Source of the DNA: the human T2T-CHM13v2.0 reference genome, Homo sapiens
NCBI RefSeq assembly: GCF_009914755.1
Contig: NC_060931.1
Reading direction: 5' to 3' (one strand)
Length of the DNA: 64,000 nt
The notes beneath the pieces were generated by a model. That model was given only the letters and a program-made list of their open reading frames with translations. It had not been told where the DNA came from and made no database searches. Every line of letters begins with the position of its first letter. The first letter of the stretch is position 1. Shown piece by piece: positions 30,780-44,452 of this stretch. A program made the position numbers and the translations under genes.

Positions 30780-31478
30780 TTGTTTTGTTTCCCAAGTATA
30801 AATACTTCTGATTTTATTAAAGAAAGTATAAAACATTGAATTCTACATCTTTAAACACTGGTGTTTTAATAAATAGTCGAATCAGTTTGGTCTCTTCATA
30901 GTGCCGGTATGTCCAATACTTCTCCGACTAAGTTTTTCTTCATTGGTGGTAAATCAAGTCTGCATTCCGAATTGTAGTTTTCTTCTGGCTTTTTAATAAA
31001 ATTATCTATCGCTGCTTTCGCTTTTGTTTGCATTGCCTTGCCGCTAAAATTTTTGAGTAATGATTCTAATTGTTCTTGTATTGTTTAGATTGCGGTGTTT
31101 GTTGTACTTTGTATATTCTTTATTTTTGACCCACCGCGCGCGACCCATCACCACACCGACAAAGTGGTTCCTCAAAGCAAAACACTGCGGCAGTTCCCGG
31201 TAACCAGCAGCCAACCGCCTCCTGGAGCCTATAGGGGCCTCTCCAGCCGCCACCACCTCAGCCGTCCCTATGTCCCTCAGGACCTCTTCGATTCACCTCC
31301 TCCGCCGGCCTCCTCTCCGGTGCCCGGGACACTGTCGAGCCTCACCAGCTAGCAACGACCCATGTAGAGGCCTGGGAGGCTTCTCCTTGGAGAGACTTTG
31401 TTCCAAAAATAGGCGCGTCCGACTTCGTTCCCGTCCGGCTCTGCACCATCTGACGGTGCCGTTGTAAGACTAGAGTGC
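30780..31478 (-). pseudogene. DDX43P3: Processed pseudogene of DDX43 (HAGE), N-terminus plus KH domain only, joined to a 3'UTR-like segment and poly(A) remnant
   Basis: Minus-strand peptides match DDX43 as I recall it: ASTWVVAS..STVSRAPERRPAEE, AAGYRELPQCFALRNHFVGVVMGR, GGSKIKNIQSTTNT, IQEQLESLLK..KAMQTKAKAAIDNFIKKPEENYNSEC, DLPPMKKN. Intronless. Lesions: start codon is AAG (31398-31396), TGA at 31344-31342, further stops and two frameshifts. AATAAA at 30818-30813, A-rich tail at 30790-30777, degenerate TSD AAAC(A/C)CAGATC at 31489-31479 and 30779-30769. The parent call is strong; the P3 numbering is from memory. Confidence 0.93.
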
Positions 31479-31505
31479 GATCTGTGTTTGATGACTGCTT
31501 TCCGC
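31090..31505. promoter_or_regulatory. Small CpG-rich island derived from the DDX43 5' end
   Basis: About 28 CpG counted by eye in about 420 bp of GC-rich sequence, in an otherwise CpG-poor AT-rich window. Promoter activity is not demonstrated. Confidence 0.5.
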
Positions 31506-33289
31506 TTCTGGCTTAAATTTTCCCATCTTTTCTGTAATAAACTTTATTATGAATATTGCAAATGAATGTATTTCATATATAATGCTATTTCTATAAGTAA
31601 TTCTTAAACTCTTCGTTTGCTTGCATTAATTCTGGGCAAACAGCCATTATATAAAAATTACCCTTCAATTTTCCCCCATGAATTATCAATTATATTTTCT
31701 TTCCAGTAGTCACTTTTTGATGAGACCACGTTTTGCTTAGCGAATGTTTCCTTTAGTAGTTCAAAGAAAGTGATTCTTTAAGTTTTTCATTATTAAAATA
31801 GAATATTGCAGATATCATAAACTAAGACATGTTTAAAAACCTGAACTTTCATTCAACTGTAGAGCAAATTTTTCACTCTAAATGATTAATTCTAATCAAT
31901 TTCTTTATATCCGTAACATTTCTTTACATCTTACAAAAATGTGATAACAAGCAATACATTTTACTTTGTCTTTTATTTCACATCATCTCTTTTAGCCAAT
32001 TTCCACTGTAGGAAGAAAATTTATTACCTCAGTCAAATGTGAACTTCTGTCTTTTGCTATTTATTTATTGCTGAATTGGTAAAATTTTGTCAGATTCAAA
32101 ATGTACACATAATTTATAACATTGCTAAAATATTGTATAATTTTGACTTCTTCATGTTCTGGGTGCTAAATTTTAACATTTTGCCACCTGGGATGTATTC
32201 ATGCTACCATGAGCAAAAAATCTCCAGTGAAAATGTACACTACAGTTAAAATTCATTATTAACAATAGTGCATGTAAATATTTACTGCAACGATTTCTTC
32301 TGAATAATTCTGAATGTTGTTTGGCTGACTTCTGGGCAGATCAATTTTTAGCTCCTAACCCTAGAGGTAAGCATGCCCAGTGTCATTTATTTGCCTCAAC
32401 TGCCTCCGCGCAAACCTTTTTATCCTCATTCTGGCCTCATTGAATTTAAATTTCTTTTTTATTTAGTGAAGAGAGATTTAGTTTAAACAAGATTATATAA
32501 TACATAAATCCAGTTCAACTGCATTTATATGAAGTCTAAATGATTGCAATATGCTGAACATGAACAAGTCTGGGAGAATTTCTTTGTCCGTGCAGAACTC
32601 CTACCCTGCCTTCTACTTGTGAATGTTTGACATGAGAACGCCATAAGAATGCCAATACCTACTTAAATATTAAAGCTGAGTTTTTTCTTGTATTTGAGAT
32701 TTTAAAAGAATAAATGTAAATAGAAGTTCTAATATTTCCTTCTAGCACCAAAATAGATCATTTAACACATTGCCTTGTGTATAAGAATCACATTTTGGAA
32801 AATGCTAATTGATTTAATGTTTATGAACTATTACACCAGTAAATATTTGCTAATTTATTCATTTATGAATGTATATATTCATATAATAAATGGAAGATGA
32901 AAAGGGGGAAACGAGGCATTGGTGGAGACGGTAGCACGACCAAAGTAGGATAGCAGGAAAATATTTGTTGTTTAATAAAATTCACAGGCAGTTTTCATTA
33001 TTCGTTTTTGAGAAAGGCTGCAACATGACCACAAATGCATTTCAGAAAGATTCACATGGAAGGACACTGAGGGTTGATTAGCAAGATGAGAAAATGGAGG
33101 AGCAAATAGTAGATTTATAACTTTCTATGTGAGAGGTAATGAGTACCAAAAGCAAGATGTTGTCAGGAACATATAAAGATACTTAAACACTTTATACTTG
33201 TAAAACAATCTCTGGCATGTGAAATATGTACTTATATCATAAATAATCATATATACATATAAAGTACTTGCTTTATATAGTATTGCAGT

Positions 33290-34430
33290 ACTATAAAAAT
33301 GCCTGTGTAAGCTGAAATTGTGTAAATCAATATTAATAATCCATAGGAAAAATCATAATTGTTACAGTATTTTAAAAAAATTTGTCAAAACATACAAATT
33401 TTATTATAGCTTAGAAATTGATAGAGGTGATAGAAATAGTATAACAAATATTTAGTTGATACACTGTAAATGAGAATTAAAATGTTTTATTTCTTTGTTA
33501 AGAAGGATATTTCAGGAGTAGTTTAAACAGTGCTTGCTGTCCGCTATGGAGCAAGGATCTTTTCTGGGCCTTAGCAAATTATCCTGTTCCTTTCTAGGTT
33601 TGGATCAGCTTCCCACATTTTATTATTTGCACTTTCAGTGTTGTAAAATATCTTTGAGATTTCCTTTAATGTGAAGTTTTTTCACAATGTCATTTCCTCC
33701 AGGACATCATCATCCTTTGAAGCACAACCACTTACTTAATTTTGGTTAATGTCACCTTCACTAAGTTCTTCTGGCTGCATACATGTTGTTTCTCAAATAG
33801 TGGCAGTGCCAATATTCCCATGATCAGGGATTTTTTTTACCTGTTAACTCCATTTATGTTAACTTAGAATCCTGAAAAGTTATTTTCACAGTGTGGCAAA
33901 TGTTTCTGCAATACTTCATGAATATTACTCAGTTTACTTTCTGAATGTCTTCATGATTTCTAATGCTTGCTTTAAGTGATATTTATCCAGAGATGAGCTA
34001 AGGTTAATTGCCTGATCTTCAGTTGTAGTGTCAATGGCTTGTCTGAAAATTCATCTAAAGTTATAGGCTCTAAAAGTTGAAATAATTCCTTGGTCTGTCC
34101 ACTGACTGACTTAATAAAGTTGCATTTGGTGATAAAATACAATTTTTACATCATAACCTTAAGAAATTCAGGGTGACCTGGAGCATTATCCAGCCATAAT
34201 AGTTCGTTAAAAGTTAAATTATTTTGGCAACAGTATCTCTCTACTGCTTAGAAAAAGAAGGGTGTATATGATTCAAGGAGTCACAGTGCTAGAAAAATAT
34301 ACTTAATCATACTCACCCTTCAACTGTGGCATCACAAACTACCAAAGAGTGATAGCTTTTATACTTTGATAAAAATAAATTCCACACAGTCTTATTAAAC
34401 ATATAATAAAATAAAATAATCTTCCATATG
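33290..34430 (-). mobile_element. Tigger (pogo-like) transposase remnant
   Basis: Minus-strand peptides LLWLDNAPGHPE and Q..D-QGII.TFRAY resemble the pogo DDE motifs LDNAPxH and QPMDQGII. Confidence 0.7.
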
Positions 34431-34432
34431 GC

Positions 34433-34860
34433 AGTGGAATAGAACTTAGCTTAGATTACCCAGGTCAAGTTCTCAGAAATGTTTGCATTTCAAGAATTCC
34501 ATGGGATTTCCAGTGTGTAAAGTAGAAATGGTGGGATAAGCTCTCCTTCCTGGACAAAGATCAGGTAGACTTAATGTCCCTTATAAAACATTGGCGTTCC
34601 CTAAGCCCAAAATTCCTCTTCTCTAGCCCAACCCATGGCATGTGCAAGCATCACTTGGCCCTCTGCCTTACTTTTTAGGATTTGGGACTGAAGGAACCAG
34701 TGTGAATGCTGGCACTCTGGCTTCTGCAATTTCTGTGAATAATAATAATAATGTCCTGTGTATCTGACCCCAAAGTCTTATGTCTTGTACCAGTATACAT
34801 GAACCTGTGGGAAATCAACCTCTCAGCTTCCAAGTAAGGCAAAATTTCAGACCCTTCACA
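34433..34860 (+). mobile_element. ERV-type solo LTR (family not resolved)
   Basis: GC-richer block with a TATA-like ccttataaaa and terminal aaaatttcagacccttcaca. Confidence 0.55.
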
Positions 34861-36812
34861 TTTCTTGCCACAAGAAACTCATTATTTTTCTAGTCACCAA
34901 AACATATTTTGTGAATGCATAAACCAGCCCCAGGTCAAAACCTGTAGAAGAGAAATCATTTCAGATGTGTGCTATGCCTTGATGGCAGAATGCTACAAAC
35001 TCCAAAGTCTTACACATTTTCAGGGAAGTGGTAAAGCATCACACTTGCAATCAAAGGTACCAGATTTTTTTTAAAAAAAGCTATTTTATCTATGCACATA
35101 GTTTAACTTCCCCTGGAAATCTTTCTTCTTCATTTATAATATGTGGAAAGTTATAATAACTACCTCAGAGCTGTTATGAATATATGAGGTAATGCATAAA
35201 AGGAACTAGCCCAATACAGGATATATGAGAAACACTCAACAAATATTTTATATTACTTTAGAGTTACTTAGGATACCTCATTAAATAACTCAAAGTCTAG
35301 AATGGAATTTTGTAGACCCTCATATTGAACACCCCCATGGGATTGTGATTTGAATATTTTCGGAAGTAACCTATCCTATTCTGAGTTCTGTTCTCCATCA
35401 ACACTAGCAGTAAGATTCCTACGTAATGTTATAAAGCTTTCCCTGAAGAATTAAAGCATCTTTACACGTATATATACAGGGACCTCTCATGAATGGTTGG
35501 TAACTGGAGATGGTTGCCAGCATGGTGCAATCCATCCTCCATATCCACCATCAAATAGTTGTAATTTACAAACCTGATTATGTCATTTTTATACTAAAAC
35601 TTTCTTCCTACAGAAGAGAGAGTCCAAACCACTTAGCATGCAGTATTTCACATTTTACTCATTTCTTCTTTTCCCCCTAATGTACCATACATTCAGTGAA
35701 TTCAATGCTTTTTCATATTCTCTTCCATACTTCCATTACAGATATGATTCTATGCCCAGAAATGCATCTCTCTCATTACTTTCTTGTGAAACTTTACAAA
35801 ATCTTTAGGAGCCAGATCAAATGTCACTTCCTTAGTGAAGGCATTCATGACTTCCCCGGGATACTTAGACATTCCCTCCCTCTACTATTACCCAAAAGTG
35901 TTCTGTGTACTCTCCTATGGCATTTATTCTATGGAGTGTAACACTCTGTTTACATGAATTTTTCCCTATTTGTCTAGCTTGTGTTTGTGTTTCCAGTGCT
36001 GAGGACAAGGAAAGGCTTGTTATATATCTAATTGGCCTTTGAATGAATGAATAAACAAGATTTTGTCTATCATATTCTGGATTAAGTTCTATCACGAGTT
36101 TTACTCCCTTTGAGTCTTAAGCATGTATATTCTCTTAGAATCTAATACTAAAATCCCAAGCTCTTTGTCAAGTATGTTCTACCAGACACACTGCTGTCCC
36201 AAGTTCTTGGAAATGACCATTCTCTCTGCCTGGAAAATTCTTCCCTTAGATGTTCATATGTCTTGGGTCATCACCTCCTTCTAATTTTTGCTCAATTATC
36301 ATTTTCTCATTGAAATTTACCCGCATCATCTGATTTAAGTAGGAACTCCTCTTTTTTCCCATTCCTTTTTCCCTATCTTATTTTCTTCCATAGAATTTAT
36401 CATCCTTTAACATACTACGCAATTGTTTAAATTATAATATCTGTTGTCTATGTACACTCACTACTATGTCAACAGTTTTAGGGAAGGTTTCAGGGAAGGG
36501 TTGTAGTAGTTTTTTTTTTTTCCTTCAAGGAGGCATTTTCAGTAACTGGAAGAATGTCAGTTTCAATCATTATTGGGAAGAATAACCGTAAGGGACAAAC
36601 TATGGCAAAGATTTTACATCACATTCTTTCTGAATTCAGTCTCCTATAAAACCTGGCTCAGAGAAAAGTGTAAGGATTCGATTTATGATATTGAAATAAA
36701 TTTTGGAATGCCTCTAACACAGATTTCATAGTTCTACCTAGGACCAGACAGATAGATTTAGAGATTTGTATGTTTATATAATAGGTGTGTTTGTATGTAT
36801 GTGAGATATATA

Positions 36813-38086
36813 TGAGGGAACTTCAAAAAGTTTATGGAAAACTGGAATTAAAATACTAAAAATAAAAATATAAACTTTACTTGTCAACATAAGCTTCATC
36901 AAGTTCCAGATACTTTTGGAAGCAATAATACCAGCCATTTAGTCCATCTGTAAAGAACTGAGAATTTAACCATGTCAGTACAATCTTTTTTACATTATTA
37001 ACTGAGGAAAAAAATGAGTGCCCTTTACAGATTTTTAAGAATAGGAAACAGAAAGAAGTCAGAGGAGCCAAGTCAGAACCGTAAGGTGGATGACTAATGA
37101 TTTGTTATCGAAATTCTCACAAAATTGCTCTTGTTTGAAGAGAGGTATGAGAAGGAGCATTGTAGTGGTGAAGAAGGACTCCCTGGTGAAGTTTCCCGGG
37201 GAATTCTTCTGCTAAAGCTTCAGCTAACTTTCTCAAAACACTCTCATAACAAGCAGATGTTACTGTTCTGTGGCCCTCCAGGAAGTCAATAAGCAGAATG
37301 CCTTGAGCATCCCCCAAAAATTCTTGCATGACCTTTGCTGTTGACTGATCTGCTTTTGCTTTGACTGGACCACTGCCACCTCTTGGTAGCCATTGTTTTT
37401 ATTGTTCTTTGTCTTCAGTTCACTGGTAAAGCTATATTTTATCTCCTATTACTACTCTTTGAAGAAATGCTTCTTGATCCCAATTTTAAAAAATTTTCAT
37501 TAAAAGCGCTGTTCTTGTCTGCAGCAGATCCAGGCACAACAGTTTTAGCACCTATTGAGTGAAACTTTTGCTCAGTTTTAGTTTTTCCACAAAATGTGTG
37601 GTAAACAAATTGAGATGTCTATGGTATTGGCTATTGTTTGTGCTATTAATCATCAGTCCTCTTCAGTTAGGTCATGGACAAGATTACTTTTTTTCTTACA
37701 ATTTGATGTGGATAGTCTGCCACTTTGGGCTTCATTTTCAACATCATCTCATCACTTCTTAAAATGAGTTACCATTTGCAAACTGCTGATTTCTTTGGGG
37801 CATTGTCCCTATAAATTTTTGGAAAGCATCAATGATTTCACAATTCTTACACTAAAACTTCACCACATATTTGATGTTTTTGCTTTAATTTTGGTAGAAT
37901 TCACACTGCTCTTATAGGGGCTCTTTTCAAACTGATGTATTGTCTTTTTCGGTGCCTTAAACTAGGTCCTGTTCAGATATATTATAGCAAATTAGCATGC
38001 AATTATTTTGATGCAAAAATATTTTGAAATCCATGCATTGATTTGTCATAATATACAGTTTCCATGAACTTTTTGAAGACCCCTCG
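36813..38086 (-). mobile_element. HSMAR2 mariner transposon, near full length, with a defective transposase
   Basis: TIRs tgagggaacttcaaaaagtttatggaaa / tttccatgaactttttgaagacccctcg, about 1274 bp, TA on the left. ORFs 37117..37329 and 36877..37071 give GILLIDFLEG...VLLHHYNAPSH (catalytic D of HHDNA replaced by Y) and DLAP. Confidence 0.93.
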
Positions 38087-38114
38087 TGTGTGTGTGTGTG
38101 TGTGTCAGAACTGT

Positions 38115-38300
38115 CAGACACTTTTGTAAGCGATGAAACCAGCCATTTAGTCCATCCCTAAAGAACTGAGAGTCCTAGGAATCTAACCATGTCAGTGTAG
38201 TCTTTTTCACATTATTAACTGAGGAAAAAATGAGTGCCCTTTACAGATTTTTTAAGATTAGGAAACAAAAAGAAGCCAGGGCAGCCAAATCAGAACTGTA
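38115..38300 (-). mobile_element. Partial second copy of HSMAR2 internal sequence
   Basis: Aligns by eye to 36907-37083 in the same orientation. Confidence 0.88.
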
Positions 38301-41300
38301 TATGTGCGCATATATATACAAATTTGTACGCTTATACCAAGTATTGCAAGTATTAACATCTCTATTTAACATTATACAAATGAAATATAAGTAAATAATA
38401 TATCCAATCAAACATTAAGTCATAAAACAATATTTTTCCCTTTCATTGATTATTTGTTAGCTCCTTCTAAAATATAGCCTAGTTATAAAATAGCCATAGA
38501 TTTTTAAAGCATCTTTGAATGTCAAGAGCTAAGATAAACAACAGAAGGGCATGCTAAAAACAGTCAATTAATTTGTATTTTCTGGTGAAGCAGGAAAGAA
38601 CAGAGGAGAGAAGGGGAGGGAAAGGAGATGCCTGGCCCTATTACTCATCCTGAGTCACTGATTGCGTGCCTGAAAAAGTACAGACCTTTCATGGGGAACT
38701 CAAGCTCTTTTGAACCAAAGGCTTAAGTAACCCTTGGAGAAAATGGTAGTTTATGCTTTCTGAATTATTATATAATCTTATTACTGGGACAAATTCCCAT
38801 TCATTATATGAATTCTTTCATATAAGATATCAAACTAACAGATATAGAAAGTTTAATAAGAAACATTGTATTTCTCCCAGTTGATACGTTTATTTAGGAC
38901 CACAGTATTTTAGCAGTGCTGTAAGACCGTTCAGGTATTTGCTTGTTATTTGGTTGGTCAGTGGGTTTCAATAACTTTGTATTCTAAAATGCCCCCAAAC
39001 ACTTCAAAGAAGCGAAACTTTAAAAAATTGCTGCTAATTTGTCTCTAATGAAAAAAGGTATCCAGTTTGAAAAGCACTGTTTTTGGTTTTGTTTTTCCCT
39101 AATAGGGTGTTTATGTTGACAGATGAGGAATGAAGGGGAAAATTGAGGGTAAATGATTTTTTTTCTCTTTTTGCTTTCTTAAAATGTTCTTTTCAAGGTT
39201 TAATAATGTATGCAGTTTGGAAAAGTAGTCAGGCCTTGAATTCTTAGTTATCAAGCAGTATATGGATCACACCCAATCAATCTGTCGCAAAATGAAAATT
39301 GAACAAAGTTTTGCTGAAATTGAAGTAGGCAGTTTTAAAGGATCAAAGTTAATTATACTCGTCCCTCAAATTCCCAAGGTTATGATAACAAAATAACTCA
39401 TCAATACTCTTACAAATTAGGCCTGAACATATGAACACAATCTTTGTCAATTTGGTGTCTCTGTAACGAGTGATGAATCTAGCAGAACATGAGGCAAGGT
39501 GGCATTGTTTGGAGATGGAAAAAAGAATTATAACAGTCACTTCTAACATTCTCATTTGCACATTAAAAAATCAAGACTACAAGGAAGGTGTGTTGGACAT
39601 TTCACTCCATTCTTGGAGAACTCAATTTATATATATGGTTTGATGGGGAACAGAACAGGAAGACGGCCAGCCTCTTAGCAGCTCTATTATTTATAGCTTC
39701 TCCAAACCCCTCACTTGTCTTATTTTTAAAATGAAGATAATATCAATTTCCTCACAGGTTTTTAAATAATTTACTTATATATAAATACAAACCTATTTAC
39801 ATATTTTATACTATATGTTTATATTTTAAAATTATTCATATTTGTGTATATATATGACATAGACAACAGGCATATGACACCCTTGGCTGAGAGCTATTCA
39901 AAATTTTAAACCCCATTGTCTTTCTCTGCATTGTGAGTGAAAACTGCCTCTTTATCTTCCTTTTTATCATCTTAATCTTGCTCTTTGGAGCTACCTTTAA
40001 AAAGCTTCATTGCAATTATTTTCATTGTTTCGTGAATTTGAAAAGGAATATCACAGTTTTACTTAATTGTTCATTTGTTCTATTCTCTAGGTTAAATATT
40101 ACTAAGCCTGTAATTGTTTTTTAGCTGATATAATCTCAGATGCCCTCCAAAATATATGCATGTTTTTGAAAGGCATATCTGTAAATTTCTTAAGTGCAAT
40201 GTCCCAAACTGTACTTGGTTATTTTGCAAATGGAAGTTGATTGGTTCAGAGTAGTATATAATCCTCTTGAGGTATACATTATACTTACATGATAACAGGG
40301 TAAGATTGCATTGACCTTTTATTTTCTACTAACTTTTGTTTGGATACTTCTATAAGAAAGACAAAATGGCTACTAATAATCATATTCAGAGATACTTAGG
40401 TTTGAGTCCTAGCTACATAGTCACAAAACTTAAAATGTATCTCATAATGTCTATTATATTATTTGAATAAATGTTGACTTTAAGTCTCATTGTTCTCTTT
40501 TGTAAAATAGGTATATAGGTTGTGCTAAGTATGGTGTCTGGTACATAGCACACACATTATGTGTGATATTAGCAGGAAATTATCATTTCTTAATTTCATT
40601 TTCAACATTATAAAGTATTCTAAGAAGCCACGTCTTACAGCTAATTTGCCTTTTTCCTTCTTGAAAAGGAACTCATCTTGATAAGCATAGTTTTAAAATA
40701 CTCCCTTTCTTTTCAGTCAAGGGAATTTTAACCAGTGAAGCCTTTTCCTTGAAGATGGGGAAATCCATAATATACAGGAGATGTCTTTGATCAAACTCAA
40801 TATTTTCTGCCTTGGCCATCATATATATTAAGATGGCATGGTCACTTTTCTCCAAATGGCATTAACTTTACTTAATCCTTGTTCTTGCAGATTCAAATCC
40901 AAGATAGCAGCTCACCCTGCTTACTCCCTTTACCTTCTTGAGAATCCTCTAAGACAAAATAAATATATAATAAAGGCTCTTATTTTAGTAAAACATAATT
41001 TGTACCTATCTATATTTATTGCTATCTGAGTTGTCACATTTCCACATCACAAGTACTTCTTGTCTCTGACATAGTTTTGTGATCAAATCCTCGTCATATC
41101 CTGTAGCTCACCTTTCAACTCGTCCTTTTAAATGGCTGACACATTTACATTAATACCATACAGCCTACCGTATATTTCTATTTTCCTTCTCCTTAAAACT
41201 TCACCAAAATTTTCCCCACCATCCTATAGCTTTTTATATATGTGGATATTTTCTTGATACCAAATATAGCTATATTTGATTTTTTTGTGAGAAAATCTGC

Positions 41301-42420
41301 CCTTTCTTTTAAATATTACAGGCACGAGCCCAGTATGACTAGTGTTAGTTATTTTCTGATTTCACATTTTTCCAATGAGTATTTATAGAAACTTGTAGAT
41401 GTCTGAAACATACTTTCTGTCAATTACTGCTGTGATTATTGGTAAGATGACCATCTACTCTATCCTGGCATAATTACCAAGTGTTCTTTCACTCTCAAAA
41501 TGACTGTTTTGAAGGGTGAATTATACAGTTTCTCTTATTGGAAATATAAGTTTGCTTAGAAATGTTATATCATATTGATAAAACTATTAAAAACTCAATA
41601 TAAACTGAAGATGTTTTCAATCATATATATAAGATTTCAAGGCTAACTGTCGACATTGTATTTATACTCTGATTTTAAAAAGAGTTCGATTACATATTAA
41701 TTTTAGTATAAACATTCTAAGGCAAGCAGCCATCAGACCCATTTGCTAATATGTTAATGAGGAAGTGCATACATGTATATTAGTTGCATTATGACAATTC
41801 TCACAGTATATGAGGATGATTATTATGGTGTCTATGCATTTCAAGATGTATTTGAGGAAAATAGCCAAACATATACATATGAATGATATGCTAATAATGT
41901 GATCATATGATCAATGTTCATATTTAGCAATATAATGTGTTCTATAAGATATTCTCGTAAATCTATATATTTTGGTTTTCCACTAGTCCCAATAACATCT
42001 CTGCTCAAGCAGTATAGAACGTTTAGATTTTTTTTTAACTTCTTCCTATTGTTCTAAACCACCTAGGTTATGTATACTGCACTTTCTGTGTCTTTTTCCT
42101 GTGGCAACTCCCACTTATCATTAAATACCATCCCCAGATGGAGTTAATTATTCCTTCCATTATCACTGCACTCCCTTCAAAAGCATTTTAATTGCCTGTT
42201 GATGTATTTCTTTCCTATCTCAAATTATGAGCACCTTGAAAGCAGAGATCATTCATTTCTATCATCATATTGTATGTCTTGCATACAATATGGAATTCAG
42301 TTAATAATGGAATAATATGTGAATGTATGAATTACATGAATGAATGAGTGAATAAATGAAAGTGTGAGTGACTTACTAAATGTGTAATGGTTATGAAATT
42401 TAGAGTACAACCAAACGTGA

Positions 42421-42800
<380 letters not shown>

Positions 42801-43269
42801 ATAATTGGGTGTCAAATGGGACCATATTTTGGTATTACAGATTAGAAATCCATTTTCCTCCCAAGAAAAAAAGTGAGCAAAATGATAATAATTAAAATCA
42901 GTTTTCACATAAAAATCCAAATTCCTAGCTTCCCTTGGAAAATCATAAGATTTGGCAATACATAGTATGCATTCCTAAATGACAACCATTGGCTCGAGTT
43001 AAACAGTAGCTACTTCTTTGAGTACACAGTCCCCATCCCTATATTCTATACAGGATGTCTCATTTATTATTCGTGTATAAATTTGCCACCCAGGATTCAG
43101 TGAGTTCTATTAAAGCACTAACGTGGGATTGTTTTAAGTTAAACATCACCAATTTCAGTAAAAATGAGTGACAGACATTTTAGGGAGGAGAAAAGGAATG
43201 GAGAAATATGTAAAACTGAGGCATATTTAATGAAAATAATGTAAAAGGCCTTGTCTGAAACTTAAAGGA

Positions 43270-43470
43270 AGCAAAATAGTGCAATGTTTAAGAGCCTGAA
43301 TTTTAGATTTGGAGAACTGATCTAGAATTTTGCTAGATTGGACAAACTGCTTAATTTCATAGAGGTTAAGTTCCCTCATTAGAGAAATAGAAGCAATAAT
43401 AATTATAATAGTTTAGATCTACCTCTTAGATTTGTTGCAAGGATTAAATATAACCATATATATGTAGGCT
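43270..43470 (+). mobile_element. MIR
   Basis: ttggacaaactgcttaatttc...gttccctcatt...ctacctc...gttgcaaggattaaat core. Confidence 0.6.
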
Positions 43471-44086
43471 TGGTTGAGTGTAAAGGTTTTAGACATGCCT
43501 AGACATGCTCAGACATTTATGATAGCCTAAGACAAGTCTTATCCTAAGACAAGTCAAAGACATATATAGAGAAGGGCTACAGGAAGAAGGTGAAGGAGAA
43601 GGGGGAAGCTTTCTGAGAGACAAGCATCAATGCCTGGAGCCACATCTAACAGCTTCATCCACATTTTGCAACAGTACTTAGTGTAATCTGGACATCCCAA
43701 GGGCCTCTGCTGTCTTCCCTTCAAATGTGCATATTCTGTTTAGACACAGCAGTATCTTGCAGATGATTCATTGGGAGATGGTAGGTTTCATTGGAAGTGG
43801 TACAATAAAAAGGAGAGATAGTGATACCCAGAAGCTGCCTAGCAGACAAAAGGTAGTACGGCAATAGCAAGTGTCTTCATGAGTGCCAGTGAGACACTTT
43901 CAGAAACATGTCTGAGGGTTACTTTATTAGGCAGCTAATATCCTTTGTGATAAGAAGAGGCAAAGGCCAGTAACATTTGTAAAATAGCTACTATGACATT
44001 ATCTGACAATTGCATTATATAGGTAACAAAATACCAAGTGTGGTATTTTAATATTTGAAGAATTTTCTATGTATTCAGAATCCTCT

Positions 44087-44452
44087 GTGTAGCAGAGGTA
44101 ACTTTGCATTCACCAACACCCATATCCTATTCTTCCTGATTCACGGCTACATCTGAGTCCTTTATGTGTGGTTAGTGAATGTGGAAGTGCTGTACACAAT
44201 TCCAGGCCTGTCACCTAAAAACCTCCAGAATGAGCCTATTAACTCTCTGTGATGATCAGACACAGAACCATCTTCAGTGATCTTTGAGCCCTACTTACTG
44301 GGAGAGCCACACAATTTAAAGAACTTTGGTCCCTAAATGACAATGCTGAAAACTACCCATCAAACAGTAACATCTGCAATAGGCTTGAGTGAAAAAGAAA
44401 TGTCTGTTGTGTTAAGCCACTGGTATTTGGGGGTTACTTACCATAACAAATA
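44087..44452 (+). mobile_element. Old MLT1 LTR
   Basis: tgtgtagcagag...ttgagtgaaaaagaaatgtctgttgtgttaagccactggtatttgggg. Confidence 0.65.

Noticed and set aside
31095-31467. Plus-strand proline-rich ORFs 31095..31352 and 31270..31467
   Set aside because: Antisense shadows of the GC-rich DDX43 pseudogene.
31342-31531. Apparent exon reading KRWENLSQKRK..., suggestive of Myb/SANT
   Set aside because: Mostly an out-of-frame reading of the DDX43 retrocopy 5'UTR/N-terminus plus flank; ends in a stop.
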